This document shows, in pieces, positions 22,216-32,343 of a stretch of 58,308 bases of DNA. The stretch lies in IMG/VR virus record IMGVR_UViG_2778261696_000003. The stretch is one strand, 5' to 3'. Source of the stretch: a virus. Taxonomy: Duplodnaviria; Heunggongvirae; Uroviricota; Caudoviricetes. Made by a program: the position numbers and the translations under genes. The stretch's first letter is position 1, and every line of letters begins with the position of its first letter. The notes under the pieces were generated by a model. It did not search any database and was not told the DNA's origin. It was given only the letters and a program-made list of their open reading frames with translations.

Positions 22216-22818
22216 TTAATTTCCTGCTTTCAGTTGCTTAAGACGACGTTTGAGTTCGCCATTCCGTGCCTTTTCGTTATTGAGTCGGCCCGTCTCCTTA
22301 TCCAGCTTCGCCCGCAAATCAGTGATCTGCTGTTGATTGAAAGACACCGAATTCTGCGCGGACTTATAAGCGGCAACCACCTGAGCATTCCGCTGTTTTG
22401 CTTCTTGCAGGCGCTGAAAGTTGGATTTAACTGCCGGTTTCTTGTCTACCGGATTGGCAACACGCTTCGCTTTGGCGATCAGTGATTTCTGGAATTTTGC
22501 GGAGTTTTTGCGGGCCGCCTGTCCCATGACGGTACCAAGCGTCTTGATATCCGGCGACTGAGCGTTAGGAATAGCTTTTCCATTCAGTTTCACAGACGAT
22601 ATATCGCCAGTATCGTTTACCTGTATGGCAAGAATTTGTCCGTCGTTAAGAACCAGCTTTGCGGTTTTAACTTTAACGCCATCTTTCGTTGTTGCGCGGT
22701 TGCTGGAGTCAACCTCAATTACCGTAACACCGGTTTTATTGATCGCCGCGATAAGGGATTTCAGCCCCTTTTCATTAACCTGGTCAAAATCGACCGTTGC
22801 ATACTTATTTTTCGTCAT
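22216..22818 (-). CDS. hdf: Hdf-like protein, about 200 aa
   Basis: Second in-frame ATG has AGGA RBS; synteny upstream of darA. Confidence 0.45.
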   Translation of the reverse strand: MTKNKYATVDFDQVNEKGLKSLIAAINKTGVTVIEVDSSNRATTKDGVKVKTAKLVLNDGQILAIQVNDTGDISSVKLNGKAIPNAQSPDIKTLGTVMGQAARKNSAKFQKSLIAKAKRVANPVDKKPAVKSNFQRLQEAKQRNAQVVAAYKSAQNSVSFNQQQITDLRAKLDKETGRLNNEKARNGELKRRLKQLKAGN

Positions 22819-23248
22819 CTGACACATCCTGTGCGAGATTTATTACGTAACTTCTGCGGATTTGCTGAGTAACAGGGAAAATCCGATACAACGGGTTAAT
22901 GAACGAGTCGCCATGCGTAACCATGATGTTGAAATGCCACAGTCGCTCTCCTTTACCCATATATTCAGTGGGTATGTACAACCATTCACTGTTTTCGCCC
23001 TGTTCAGCCGACGTCAGACAACGTTGTTCACCTTCAATCACTGTCGTCGGCTTCTGAACATCGCGGATCCAATATCTGACCGTTGCGCCGCGCAAAAACG
23101 GGAATTTAGACCGGTACTTGAACGGCACCCGGATGAAACCCGGTTTAATTTCCACATCACCAAGTTCTAAATGCGTGATGTCCTTGCGTTTTAGCAAATA
23201 GCGATCGGCTAAGGCTAACGCAAGAACGCATACACCCCAGCCAATCAT
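22805..23248 (-). CDS. lydB: LydB-like antiholin candidate, 147 aa
   Basis: Synteny (lydA-lydB precede the dar genes in P1). Confidence 0.4.
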   Translation of the reverse strand: MIGWGVCVLALALADRYLLKRKDITHLELGDVEIKPGFIRVPFKYRSKFPFLRGATVRYWIRDVQKPTTVIEGEQRCLTSAEQGENSEWLYIPTEYMGKGERLWHFNIMVTHGDSFINPLYRIFPVTQQIRRSYVINLAQDVSDDEK

Positions 23249-23574
23249 TTCCCGCCTCCCTTTTTCACCAAACTTGTAAGAACATTCAGAATGCTATCGA
23301 TATTCACTCGTTTCATCCCTGAAATCACCTCATGACCGTTATTGCTGGCTATCGTTACCATTAAGTACGTAATTGATAACTCCCAGCCCTCGTGTTGCCC
23401 CAATAGGTACGCCACCGCGCCAGCTGTCACTGCAACAAAGATCTCCGTAACCAATCCCAACAAATTGCCAGACTGGCGACCGTCTCGGACATCCATCAGG
23501 AACGTGCCTATCCCACCAATTACTGAAAGCAGGAGCGCAATAGCAACTGGAGCTAATTCCTGTGTGTCAAGCAC
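23245..23574 (-). CDS. lydA: Holin (LydA-like), 109 aa
   Basis: Two or three hydrophobic helices and charged C-terminus (KKGGGK). Confidence 0.5.
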   Translation of the reverse strand: MLDTQELAPVAIALLLSVIGGIGTFLMDVRDGRQSGNLLGLVTEIFVAVTAGAVAYLLGQHEGWELSITYLMVTIASNNGHEVISGMKRVNIDSILNVLTSLVKKGGGK

Positions 23575-23641
23575 AAGTTCCCTCCTACGTTGTCAGGAGG
23601 TAATGGTATGCAAAGTAACTTCTCAACCGGTCATTTGTTGC

Positions 23642-23923
23642 TTAAGAGGCATTTCTATTGAGGTACGAATCGATAATCCTTTGTAACTTTTCAAGAATGA
23701 GCCTGTTATTGATGCTGCAAATAATAGTCACGCAATTCTGAAGACTTTCATCCATACCCTTATATTCCGCGAAATACATGCCTATAAAGCCTGCAAGTAC
23801 GGCAGCAATACACTCGGCCATCAATTGCCTGTATGACGCTTCGTAACGTTTTTCACGAACCCCATTCAGAAACGAATGCACCCCGCCAAGGATGGAGAGG
23901 AGCATTATTGTGAAATCACACAT
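23642..23923 (-). CDS. Holin-like small membrane protein, 93 aa
   Basis: Hydrophobic helices; position upstream of lydA. Confidence 0.4.
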   Translation of the reverse strand: MCDFTIMLLSILGGVHSFLNGVREKRYEASYRQLMAECIAAVLAGFIGMYFAEYKGMDESLQNCVTIICSINNRLILEKLQRIIDSYLNRNAS

Positions 23924-24050
23924 AACTATTTCCTTAATAGTGAATTAAATATCATTGGGAAACGGTATGTACTTTGTGATTTCCACACATACTGGTTTTT
24001 GTTAATTAAAATCCGCAGCTTGCTATAAATAACGATAGTGAGCAGAAAAT

Positions 24051-24350
24051 ATGCTAATAGGCTATGTACGCGTATCAACAAATGAACAAAACACTGCTTT
24101 ACAACGAAACGCTCTTGAAAGCGCAGGATGTGAGCTAATTTTTGAGGACAAGGCGAGTGGAAAAAAGGCTGAACGACCAGAGTGAAAAAGGCTTTTGATA
24201 GGTAAACTCTGGTCGTATGAAAGTTAAATTTGCGTGGGTGCAGCATGCGCTCACTCTTGAGGCATGAACGGTAATCATCTGATAACTTGTAGCTCGATTA
24301 TCCGGACGCACTGGAACCAGTCGATGCTTCCAGCGATCCAGATATTTCAT
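24051..24350 (+). pseudogene. cin: Decayed cin-type serine DNA invertase (Cin/Hin/Gin family) pseudogene
   Basis: Reads [34 protein letters not shown]... then stop at 24183-24185; downstream frames retain recognisable fragments (LVV*KLNLRGCSMRSL versus recalled Cin LVVWKLDRLGRSMKHL). Confidence 0.7.
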
Positions 24351-24358
24351 TAAATGGA

Positions 24359-24769
24359 CTACGCCTCCGGGAACGCTGGCCAATTGACATCTGGTGCAGT
24401 GCTGGTATCCGTTGCGGTCACCGCATCGATATAATCCAGCACAGCGTTAAGACGGGTGGTTTCAGCCTGCGTAAGATTCCGCCCGGCCTGTAATTTCAGT
24501 TGAATAAGACTAATGGAAGCCATTGCGGTATCAATCAGCGACTGTTTTTTCTGTTCAGCGTCAGCTACCAGTTCATCATGAGAACGTTCCGGAGTGGGTG
24601 GCGCAGTAAATCCCCCGTCTGAATACACCCAGCCGATTCCGGGCTGCTCACTGATATCAGAAATATTAATGAGCTGCTGATTATCCGGCACTGTGAATTC
24701 AGCCTCGCCATCCCAGACAATGACATTCACAACCATCCCATTTTCAATAACTGCATATGATGTATTCAT
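24359..24769 (-). CDS. Tail fibre assembly chaperone (U-like), 136 aa
   Basis: Tfa-type C-terminal motifs (QLKLQAGRNLTQAETTRLNAVLDYIDAV...WPAFPE); start ATG overlapping tail fibre stop. Confidence 0.65.
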   Translation of the reverse strand: MNTSYAVIENGMVVNVIVWDGEAEFTVPDNQQLINISDISEQPGIGWVYSDGGFTAPPTPERSHDELVADAEQKKQSLIDTAMASISLIQLKLQAGRNLTQAETTRLNAVLDYIDAVTATDTSTAPDVNWPAFPEA

Positions 24770-27700
24770 TATGCAAACTCCTCGATAATACAAATCCCTG
24801 CAGCGCCTTTCCCGCCCGTCATACTGGTTCCGCTATAACCGGCATCGTATGCACCACCGCCGCCCGAACCATATGCCCGACCGATAACGCCACCGCCAGC
24901 GCCTGCGCGACCACCGCCCCCCCAGAACGATGATCCTCCTTCACCACTGACGCTGATATTTCCGGACTGACCGTCACCTCCATGCCCACCAATAATGCGG
25001 ACATCACCAGTATTCGGCGCGCCTCCATTACCACCGTTCGTGTTTGTGACTCCTACTTTCCCGCCGCCTTCACCGCCAGGGGCTATTACCGTTCCGAACG
25101 AGCTATCACCGCCCTTGAGGCCGTTCGTCGCACCAACACCGCCGCCCCCACCTGCGCCGATAGTGACTGGATAACTATTCTGTGTCGGGGTCATTATTGA
25201 AATTATTGTCCCACCGGCCCCACCGCCAGCACCGAAAAACGTCTCGTTATTGGATGTAGCCTGGCAGCCACCACCTCCGCCACCGCCGCCCGTAATTGTG
25301 ACCCTGATTCGTTTTGTTCCTGGCGTCGGGGTATACGTACCTGATGAAGTGAAAACCCGGGTATTCACCAAACGCCCAACATATCCGCTTGAATCGCTCA
25401 GGCCAAGGTTAGCAGCAGTTAAAGTAATATTTGCAGAACCATCAAACTTAACACCGTTGATAGTGCGTGCAGTCTGTAGTTTCGTTGCGGTTGCGGCATT
25501 ACCGGTAGTGCTCTGATTACCTGCTTTATTCACGCCCGGCAGGTCGATATTGGCACTACCATCGAATGACACTCCGCCTATTGTGCGTGCTGTTTGCAGT
25601 TTTGTTGCAGTTGCAGCATTGCCGGTAGTGCTCTGATTACCTGTTTTATTCACGCCCGGCAGGTCGATATTGGCACTACCATCAAATGACACCCCGCCGA
25701 TTGTGCGTACTGTTTGCAGTTTCGTAGCGGTTGCAGCATTGCCGTTCAAACTACCATTGATGCCGCCAGTAACATTGAGTCCATTACCGATCGTAACAGT
25801 ACCATTGGCATTGTTAATGATAAGCGGCCTTAAATTATTATAGGTTCCCAGGCTGTTACCCGAATTGGTCAACATGAAATATGTGTTTGAACCATCGTTT
25901 CGGATAAAGAATCCGTAGTTTCCGTAGGCAATGCGCAGACCATTCGCCGATTTTGAAATGATCTCACCAGTAGCCGTTAAACCGCCGTTGAGATTTCCTC
26001 CGGTTATTGGTAATGCGCCGACATCCGTGGCGGTCGGTTTAATGTGCGAACTGTAAATTACATATACAGTTCCATCTGTCAGGCCTGTTGGTTTATTCGC
26101 TGTATAAGATGGTGATGTATGAATCGTTACGCTGGCGTTACTGGTATAATCCCACTGAATATTAACACGTGTGGTGTAATTACCTATTTCAACATAAACA
26201 TCATAGGTATCACCGGATGTATTCACCCATGCAAAATTAGTAAATCCAACCGATGTCCGTCGCCATAACGCACCAGTAAGACCTTTTGGATTCCCATTTC
26301 CCGCACGAAGAACAAGTTCAGATATACCAGCCTGCATAGGGGAGTTAACATTATATCCAGAACCACCAATCAGGCTTATGTAAACCACGGAACTGGACTG
26401 TGGCATGGTTACAGTTGCCAGCTTGAACCATCCAGTACCACCACTAAAAGACATTGTTGTTGAGTTGATCGTGCCTATAGACCTTGGAGTTAGCTCAATG
26501 TTTTTAGAACCGTCAAACAACACCCCATTTATAGTTCTAGCGGTTTGTAACTTGGTCGCTGTCGCTGCATTACCGGATGTATTCTGATTACCCGCAACGT
26601 TAACACCAGGTAAATTAATATTCGCAGTACCATCAAAGCTAACTCCGCCGATAGTTCTTGCCGTCTGTAGTTTTGTAGCAGTTGCCGCATTGCCAGTTGT
26701 ATTCTGATTGCCAGTGGCATTCACACCAGGAATGGAGTCCCTTGATGTATATACCTGCGCCCACGCTGACCATGCCGCATCAGTGTGATCTCTTCGGGAG
26801 CGAATGAAAACCGGCGCATGTGCACCGCTCGTACCACTCCAGCCAATAAGCAACTCGCCCTCACCAGCAGCACTCGCACCTTTCATGTGCAATACGTTGC
26901 CATACGCGGTCGGGTAGCTATTGTTGTACGCCTCATACATCTGCAATCCAGTAGAAGCACCTTGTGTTGTATCGGTGAGCGCAGTAACACGCCCTCTGGA
27001 CGCAATTGTTGGTATCGAAATGTTCGCAGAACCATCAAACTTAACACCGTTGATTGTGCGTGCTGTTTGCAGTTTTGTTGCAGTTGCGGCATTACCGGTA
27101 GTGCTCTGATTACCTGCTTTATTCACGCCCGGCAGGTCGATATTGGCACTACCATCAAATGACACCCCGCCGATTGTGCGTACTGTTTGCAGTTTCGTAG
27201 CGGTTGCAGCATTGCCGGTAGTGCTCTGATTACCTGCTTTATTCACGCCCGGCAGGTCGATATTGGCACTACCATCGAACGACACTCCGCCGATTGTGCG
27301 TGCTGTTTGCAGTTTTGTGGCGGTGGATGCATTACCTGTCAAAGATCCACTAAGAGCCACGGCACTAAGAGACTTAACACTTACATCCTGACCCCATCCG
27401 GAAACAACAACCTGACTCCACGCTGCCCAGCTTCCATTAACAACAAAGCGAACGTATATACGTTTTGTGTCGTTGCTGATCAGCGTTTGCATGTTCGCAT
27501 AATCCGAAGCAGAAACTTTGCGAGTCGACTCTACACGGAGCAAAAAGTTACCGTTTACGCCGTCAGGCTTGTTGGTGATATTTGCACCACCTCCAAAGGT
27601 TGGACAATAATAATATTTAATTGCCCCGACATCTGAGCTGATGGTCAGGTTGTTAAGATCAACCGTCTGGTCGCCAATTTTTTCCGGCTCGATGGCTCCT

Positions 27701-29193
27701 GCTATCCCGGCACTGAATGTAGCAGCAGCTGAAAACGCTGTCTTACCTTTGAAAGTCTGTTGAGAACTCCAGGTATTAGCTGTGCTCAACAGGGGGATCT
27801 TTTCGCCGCTGGTTCCGATTTCTCTTAAACCAAGGTATTGGATAACAGCCAGTGTGCTTGTTTTAGCCAGGATATCGCGACCGACTGACGTTAAATCAGT
27901 CTGGGAAACAGTGTCTGTACCGGTAAAGTACGGCAATTTATTTGCGCCTGTCGCAAGACCAGCAAGCGCGGTTAAAGTTGCATCCAGAGGCTGTTTGCCT
28001 GCCAGCGCATTTGTCATTGTTGTCGCAAAGTTCGGGTCATTGCCCAGTGCTGCTGCAAGCTCATTCAGGGTATCAAGAGCTTCAGGTGATGAGCCGACCA
28101 ATGCAGAGATAGCAGCTCTTACATAAGCGGTCGTAGCAATCTGCGTGTTATTCGTACCCTGTGCAGCGGTAGGCGCAGTAGGTATTCCCGTTAATGCAGG
28201 ACTTGCTAAAGGAGCTTTAAGAGCCAGAGCATTGTTGATAGTTGTGCTGAAATTCGGGTCGTTATTGATCGCAGCAGCTATTTCTTTAAGCGTATCCAGA
28301 GTGCCAGGTGCACCGTTGATAAGTGCCGTTATAGCTGCCTTAACAAAGGCTGTATTTGCGATCTGCGTGCTGTTTGTACCTTGCGCTGCCGTCGGCGCGG
28401 TTGGCGTTCCTGTCAGACTCGGGCTTTCTATTGGCGCTTTGGTATCAGCCAGCTCTTTTACAGACTTAACGGCTTTAGGGGTAGCCGCCATTGTTTCGCT
28501 GTCGCTGTTAGTTGCGCTACTGAGCTGAACTAATCCCTTTTGTGTTGTGCTTGCATCCTGCGCCGTATACTTGCTTTTAGCCAGATCGTAGGCTTTTTTA
28601 ACCGCCAGCGAACTTGCAGCGACATCACTTCTGGTACTGGTTACAGAGTCGGAAATTTCAATGCCTATCGCGAGATCGATGCGGTCGGATACATCTATCA
28701 TTTCCTTAGTAATAGCAGATACGCCAGCAGGGATATTCACCGTACAAACAAGCAGTTCTCCATCTCCTAACTGATATGAATCGGTATAGGTTCTGGCAAC
28801 AAATTCAGCCGCATGAATATGTGACGCGGTATTAACCTGATAAGAATCTTCTCCAAGGAGGTATCTTCCCTTCAGCACAATTGCATATTTCTTACCTGCG
28901 CTAAGTGCAAGAGAAATATCCTTACGCTGCTGAATAGTTACCTGGTAGAATTCACCAATATTCACTGACGCCGCGCCAGCGGTTTTATCACCATCCACTG
29001 AGGTGATTAACAGGTTCATCCCACCGCCAGGCTTAGGAAAAAAACCGGCATAAAATCCAGGGTCAACAATTCCCCTGAATTTTCGGTTTAGCGCGGCTGA
29101 CAGATATGGTTCGTGGTATTGCACATCAGCCACCAGAGCCAACGACTCGGGTGATGGGTAAGTAACCGATGTGACAACTGTAACGTCATTCAT
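24769..29193 (-). CDS. Tail fibre protein (S-like), about 1474 aa, with internal sequence repeats and Gly-rich C-terminal domain
   Basis: ATG at 29193 with AAGGA RBS, 12 bp after R-like stop; repeated peptide GNAATATKLQTARTIGGVSFDGSANIDLPGVN; C-terminal GGGGGG-rich region. Confidence 0.8.
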   Translation of the reverse strand: MNDVTVVTSVTYPSPESLALVADVQYHEPYLSAALNRKFRGIVDPGFYAGFFPKPGGGMNLLITSVDGDKTAGAASVNIGEFYQVTIQQRKDISLALSAGKKYAIVLKGRYLLGEDSYQVNTASHIHAAEFVARTYTDSYQLGDGELLVCTVNIPAGVSAITKEMIDVSDRIDLAIGIEISDSVTSTRSDVAASSLAVKKAYDLAKSKYTAQDASTTQKGLVQLSSATNSDSETMAATPKAVKSVKELADTKAPIESPSLTGTPTAPTAAQGTNSTQIANTAFVKAAITALINGAPGTLDTLKEIAAAINNDPNFSTTINNALALKAPLASPALTGIPTAPTAAQGTNNTQIATTAYVRAAISALVGSSPEALDTLNELAAALGNDPNFATTMTNALAGKQPLDATLTALAGLATGANKLPYFTGTDTVSQTDLTSVGRDILAKTSTLAVIQYLGLREIGTSGEKIPLLSTANTWSSQQTFKGKTAFSAAATFSAGIAGAIEPEKIGDQTVDLNNLTISSDVGAIKYYYCPTFGGGANITNKPDGVNGNFLLRVESTRKVSASDYANMQTLISNDTKRIYVRFVVNGSWAAWSQVVVSGWGQDVSVKSLSAVALSGSLTGNASTATKLQTARTIGGVSFDGSANIDLPGVNKAGNQSTTGNAATATKLQTVRTIGGVSFDGSANIDLPGVNKAGNQSTTGNAATATKLQTARTINGVKFDGSANISIPTIASRGRVTALTDTTQGASTGLQMYEAYNNSYPTAYGNVLHMKGASAAGEGELLIGWSGTSGAHAPVFIRSRRDHTDAAWSAWAQVYTSRDSIPGVNATGNQNTTGNAATATKLQTARTIGGVSFDGTANINLPGVNVAGNQNTSGNAATATKLQTARTINGVLFDGSKNIELTPRSIGTINSTTMSFSGGTGWFKLATVTMPQSSSVVYISLIGGSGYNVNSPMQAGISELVLRAGNGNPKGLTGALWRRTSVGFTNFAWVNTSGDTYDVYVEIGNYTTRVNIQWDYTSNASVTIHTSPSYTANKPTGLTDGTVYVIYSSHIKPTATDVGALPITGGNLNGGLTATGEIISKSANGLRIAYGNYGFFIRNDGSNTYFMLTNSGNSLGTYNNLRPLIINNANGTVTIGNGLNVTGGINGSLNGNAATATKLQTVRTIGGVSFDGSANIDLPGVNKTGNQSTTGNAATATKLQTARTIGGVSFDGSANIDLPGVNKAGNQSTTGNAATATKLQTARTINGVKFDGSANITLTAANLGLSDSSGYVGRLVNTRVFTSSGTYTPTPGTKRIRVTITGGGGGGGGCQATSNNETFFGAGGGAGGTIISIMTPTQNSYPVTIGAGGGGGVGATNGLKGGDSSFGTVIAPGGEGGGKVGVTNTNGGNGGAPNTGDVRIIGGHGGDGQSGNISVSGEGGSSFWGGGGRAGAGGGVIGRAYGSGGGGAYDAGYSGTSMTGGKGAAGICIIEEFA
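25430..27390. repeat. Three clusters of tandem 120-bp coding repeats inside the tail fibre gene (about 25430-25790, 26500-26740, 27020-27390)
   Basis: Repeat starts read at 25441/25561/25681, 26507/26627 and 27031/27151/27271, period 120 bp. Confidence 0.7.
27990..28430. repeat. About 219-bp coding repeats (two to three copies) in the tail fibre gene
   Basis: TTTGCGATCTGCGTG... unit recurs near 28133 and 28353; encodes repeated ...AAISALVGSSPEALDTLNELAAA... peptide. Confidence 0.5.
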
Positions 29194-29204
29194 CAAGCAT
29201 ATCC

Positions 29205-29639
29205 TTATGCTGTAGTCGTGTTTATGGCCATAACTGCGGTATATGTTTTGCCCACATACAGCGAGTCTTCCTGGACACAAATAATGGCGATTGGCTTGTT
29301 CTCGTTATCCAGAACAACCAGAGTGTTGAATGGGTAGTTTTTCCCTTTCTGCAACTGGCTTTGATCAAGGTCCATTCGGACAGTAATTATCCCGCCTGAG
29401 TAGGTTGGGACGAGGTTGATGGTGCAAAATTTACTGGTCAGTTCTGCCAGCTCGAAAGCCTTTGGCAGTTCTCCAATCTCATAAGTGCCATCTCCTTTCT
29501 TAGTAACCAGTGAACTGGTACCGAAAACGGCCTTGCTGATTAAAAATCGAGAGCCTTTGTTAATGGACGATTCAGCGCGCCGCTGATAGTAATAGTCCAA
29601 CAACTGACTCTTATAGAGGTTTGTTGAGACGTCAGACAT
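29205..29639 (-). CDS. Tail fibre-associated structural protein (R-like), 144 aa
   Basis: Immediately upstream of tail fibre gene in same operon; synteny with P1 R-S-U. Confidence 0.45.
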   Translation of the reverse strand: MSDVSTNLYKSQLLDYYYQRRAESSINKGSRFLISKAVFGTSSLVTKKGDGTYEIGELPKAFELAELTSKFCTINLVPTYSGGIITVRMDLDQSQLQKGKNYPFNTLVVLDNENKPIAIICVQEDSLYVGKTYTAVMAINTTTA

Positions 29640-29717
29640 GATTTTCCCTAATCAATGTTGTGAAGCCTCATTGTAAGAGAAGTAACTTGTCACCCCGCCC
29701 TGCGGACGGGGTGATTG

Positions 29718-30557
29718 TCAGGCGTCGCTATCCAGCAACAAATCATCTGCGCGTGTGCGATCAAACGTAGGTGTCGCTTTCACAATAGTGCCACCAGGCG
29801 TTGCGGTGATCGGGGCGCTAATCGACGTAACTCCAGTAAGCGAAGTTGTATCCGAAGTTTCAAACCAGCAGTACGCTTTTTCGGTATCAGAAATCTCGTT
29901 CAAAGTGATCATGTCGGCCTGTTCATTCACAACAACCGACAAATAGAGCGTAAGCCCATCAAACACTATATGCAGTGGCAGTAGAGGCTTTACGAACTGA
30001 TTAAACTTTCTGAGAATTTCTTCTGTAATTGCGGACTGATCTATCGTGCCAGTAATACCCATTGTCCGGGCCAGGTCGTTTATGGGAATACTGATCATCC
30101 CTCTGGAAGTCAGAAACATCTCACCGAATGTGCCGCCGGTAGTTTCCAGTGTGCTTTCTGGTATTAGAACTGTGCCATAGGGATGACGTTCAAGGTCCAC
30201 CGGTGCATATATCGGATCCCATAAAACAGAAATACCATTAAATTCGCGGTAAATTGTCTGGTTTATAGGGCGTTCAGTCCCCTTAAAGTGAATCTCATCA
30301 AGCCGCTGTTGTAACAACATCGGAACGGAAGATGAGTTTGAGGTTCTGATAGTAAAGAACTGGCCAAGTTCATTTGTCCTGGTCTCCAGATCCTCCTTGC
30401 TCATGGAAAAAATAGACTTCCGGTTGGTAATTCGCTCCAACCATGGGTCAACAAAGGTGTCCATCATTGACTGAACCAAATCAGCCAATGATTTATAGAG
30501 CAATGACTTTTGCTTAGCTGATGTAAGCCGATTATTAAACCAGGAACGTTGCATCAC
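29718..30557 (-). CDS. Baseplate/tail structural protein, 279 aa
   Basis: Overlapping operon with downstream baseplate-like genes; synteny. Confidence 0.45.
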   Translation of the reverse strand: MMQRSWFNNRLTSAKQKSLLYKSLADLVQSMMDTFVDPWLERITNRKSIFSMSKEDLETRTNELGQFFTIRTSNSSSVPMLLQQRLDEIHFKGTERPINQTIYREFNGISVLWDPIYAPVDLERHPYGTVLIPESTLETTGGTFGEMFLTSRGMISIPINDLARTMGITGTIDQSAITEEILRKFNQFVKPLLPLHIVFDGLTLYLSVVVNEQADMITLNEISDTEKAYCWFETSDTTSLTGVTSISAPITATPGGTIVKATPTFDRTRADDLLLDSDA

Positions 30558-31987
30558 TCCTCCTCATACGAAATATTAAAGGTGGAGTTTTCTGTATCCA
30601 GATAAACGAAATCGTAAAAGCCGTTGGACTCATTCCACTCGACAAATTCCAGATAAAAGTCGCGGAAATAACCCAGCGTTTCGATAAATGCCCAAACGTC
30701 TTTTTTCTTGATCAGGATGTACTTGCCGACACCGTTCGGATCAAAGAAATTTGAGTCGCGCCCAAATTTTGTTTCCAGTGCCGACTTCAACTCATCAGTC
30801 ACGTTCTCAATAGTCAGGCTTGCCGATATCCGCCCGGTGATGGTTATCTTAAATGGTAGTTTTCTGACCTCTTTATAAGAGAATTTCTTGTTCAGTTCAT
30901 TCGGTACCTTCTTAAAGGCAGTCAGGATCATTTCTTCAAGCTCTGACTGGCTTTTATTTGGATGCCATCCTGAAATAAATATCTTATTGATATTCTGAAC
31001 ATTATAAGCACCATCTAATTTCTCTTGCTGGCCTTCGCCCCATGCCTTTACCCAGGACAGCCCCGGGATGTTACGAACCAGAAAATACGTATAGTCCCCG
31101 CCCCATACGACCTGATCATCATAGGCAAGGTAATATTGTGCACGGTTACGTGTGATCTCCGTTGTTTCAGCATCGGTACCTGCGGTTATAGGTGTCGTTG
31201 TCTTAACTGAAATCAAATTAGCTAAATTAGCCGCAGAATCGACAGGCGTCAGGTTTTGGCCAGCAACCAGGGTTATATCGCCGTTGGTGCACCATACCTT
31301 AAGCGTAATTGTCGAACCTTCTGGCGGTATTTGCCCAATTAGCCCATCGCCGAATCGAACCCCCAACTGCTCGGATGGTTTATAAAACTCAACGTAGACC
31401 TGGCTTTTACTACCGGCTAACCGGAACATAGTGCTGGAAGACCACTGCGTGGTCTTACCATCGGTCGTCACGAATACTTCCAGCTTATAGCAGACAGCAG
31501 TAAGAGCCTTTGATAACACGACTTCCAGAAATTCTTTGGCTGCCGTAACGGTATATGTCACCTCCTGGATTTCCAACTGTGCCACTTCTACCGTACCGGT
31601 GCCGTCAACCAACCTGCATACATCCATAGTCATGTAAGGGTACTGGTCGTCAGATATTAAAGGCATGTTTTTGGGGATTACCGCTGGGGCATCTTCACTT
31701 GTGGCGGTGATCTCAATCATCCCCGATGACGGTGTTGGCTTGGTACCAACGTAACTATTCGTTTCTGCCGCTGCCAGGATAGAGGAACGCCGCGTCGCGG
31801 TCGATATAAAGCCTTCAGCCAGCGCCGCATCGGCATACTGAAAGCACCTGTAGACAATCTGGGTAATAAACAATGTCAGCATCGAGACAAATTGAGAGCC
31901 GACAAACTTCGACCAGAATGAATCTTTCTCGACAAGCTCTTCAAACTCTGCACGAATACTGTCTTTAGTCGGTGTTGTTTTACTCAT
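30554..31987 (-). CDS. Baseplate protein (J-like wedge candidate), 477 aa
   Basis: Size and position between sit and tail fibre genes; 4-bp overlaps. Confidence 0.45.
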   Translation of the reverse strand: MSKTTPTKDSIRAEFEELVEKDSFWSKFVGSQFVSMLTLFITQIVYRCFQYADAALAEGFISTATRRSSILAAAETNSYVGTKPTPSSGMIEITATSEDAPAVIPKNMPLISDDQYPYMTMDVCRLVDGTGTVEVAQLEIQEVTYTVTAAKEFLEVVLSKALTAVCYKLEVFVTTDGKTTQWSSSTMFRLAGSKSQVYVEFYKPSEQLGVRFGDGLIGQIPPEGSTITLKVWCTNGDITLVAGQNLTPVDSAANLANLISVKTTTPITAGTDAETTEITRNRAQYYLAYDDQVVWGGDYTYFLVRNIPGLSWVKAWGEGQQEKLDGAYNVQNINKIFISGWHPNKSQSELEEMILTAFKKVPNELNKKFSYKEVRKLPFKITITGRISASLTIENVTDELKSALETKFGRDSNFFDPNGVGKYILIKKKDVWAFIETLGYFRDFYLEFVEWNESNGFYDFVYLDTENSTFNISYEEE

Positions 31988-32343
31988 AGCACCACGTCCT
32001 GTGTGATAGTTATATCCCTGATACGAATGGATATTTTCAACTTATCAAAAGCATCTCCCTCGGCTACTGACAAGCCAGAAATCGGTATGTCAGGTAAATC
32101 TACCGTCAGTTTTTGCAACAGCATTGCCTCAACCGCAATTTGAACATGCGACAAGTTGGTCGGTTCGTGTTTAAACTGCGGTAAAACATTGCCCCATGAC
32201 GGATCTCCGTATACCTCACCCTGATAAGTGTTTAGCCACTCATATAAACGAGCGCCCCAGGCCTCCTCCTGGGACTCATACGTTTTTACGCCGGATAACT
32301 CCAGCGTCAGCAAAGGATCAATTTCGTTATTGTTGGCCATCAA
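31984..32343 (-). CDS. Small baseplate-associated protein, 119 aa
   Basis: Translationally coupled between sit-like gene and baseplate gene. Confidence 0.4.
   Translation of the reverse strand: MMANNNEIDPLLTLELSGVKTYESQEEAWGARLYEWLNTYQGEVYGDPSWGNVLPQFKHEPTNLSHVQIAVEAMLLQKLTVDLPDIPISGLSVAEGDAFDKLKISIRIRDITITQDVVL

Noticed and set aside
25430-28430. Possible CRISPR-like repeat arrays
   Set aside because: The repeats are in-frame coding units of 120, 219 and 297 bp encoding repeated peptide modules, with no short unique spacers; not CRISPR.
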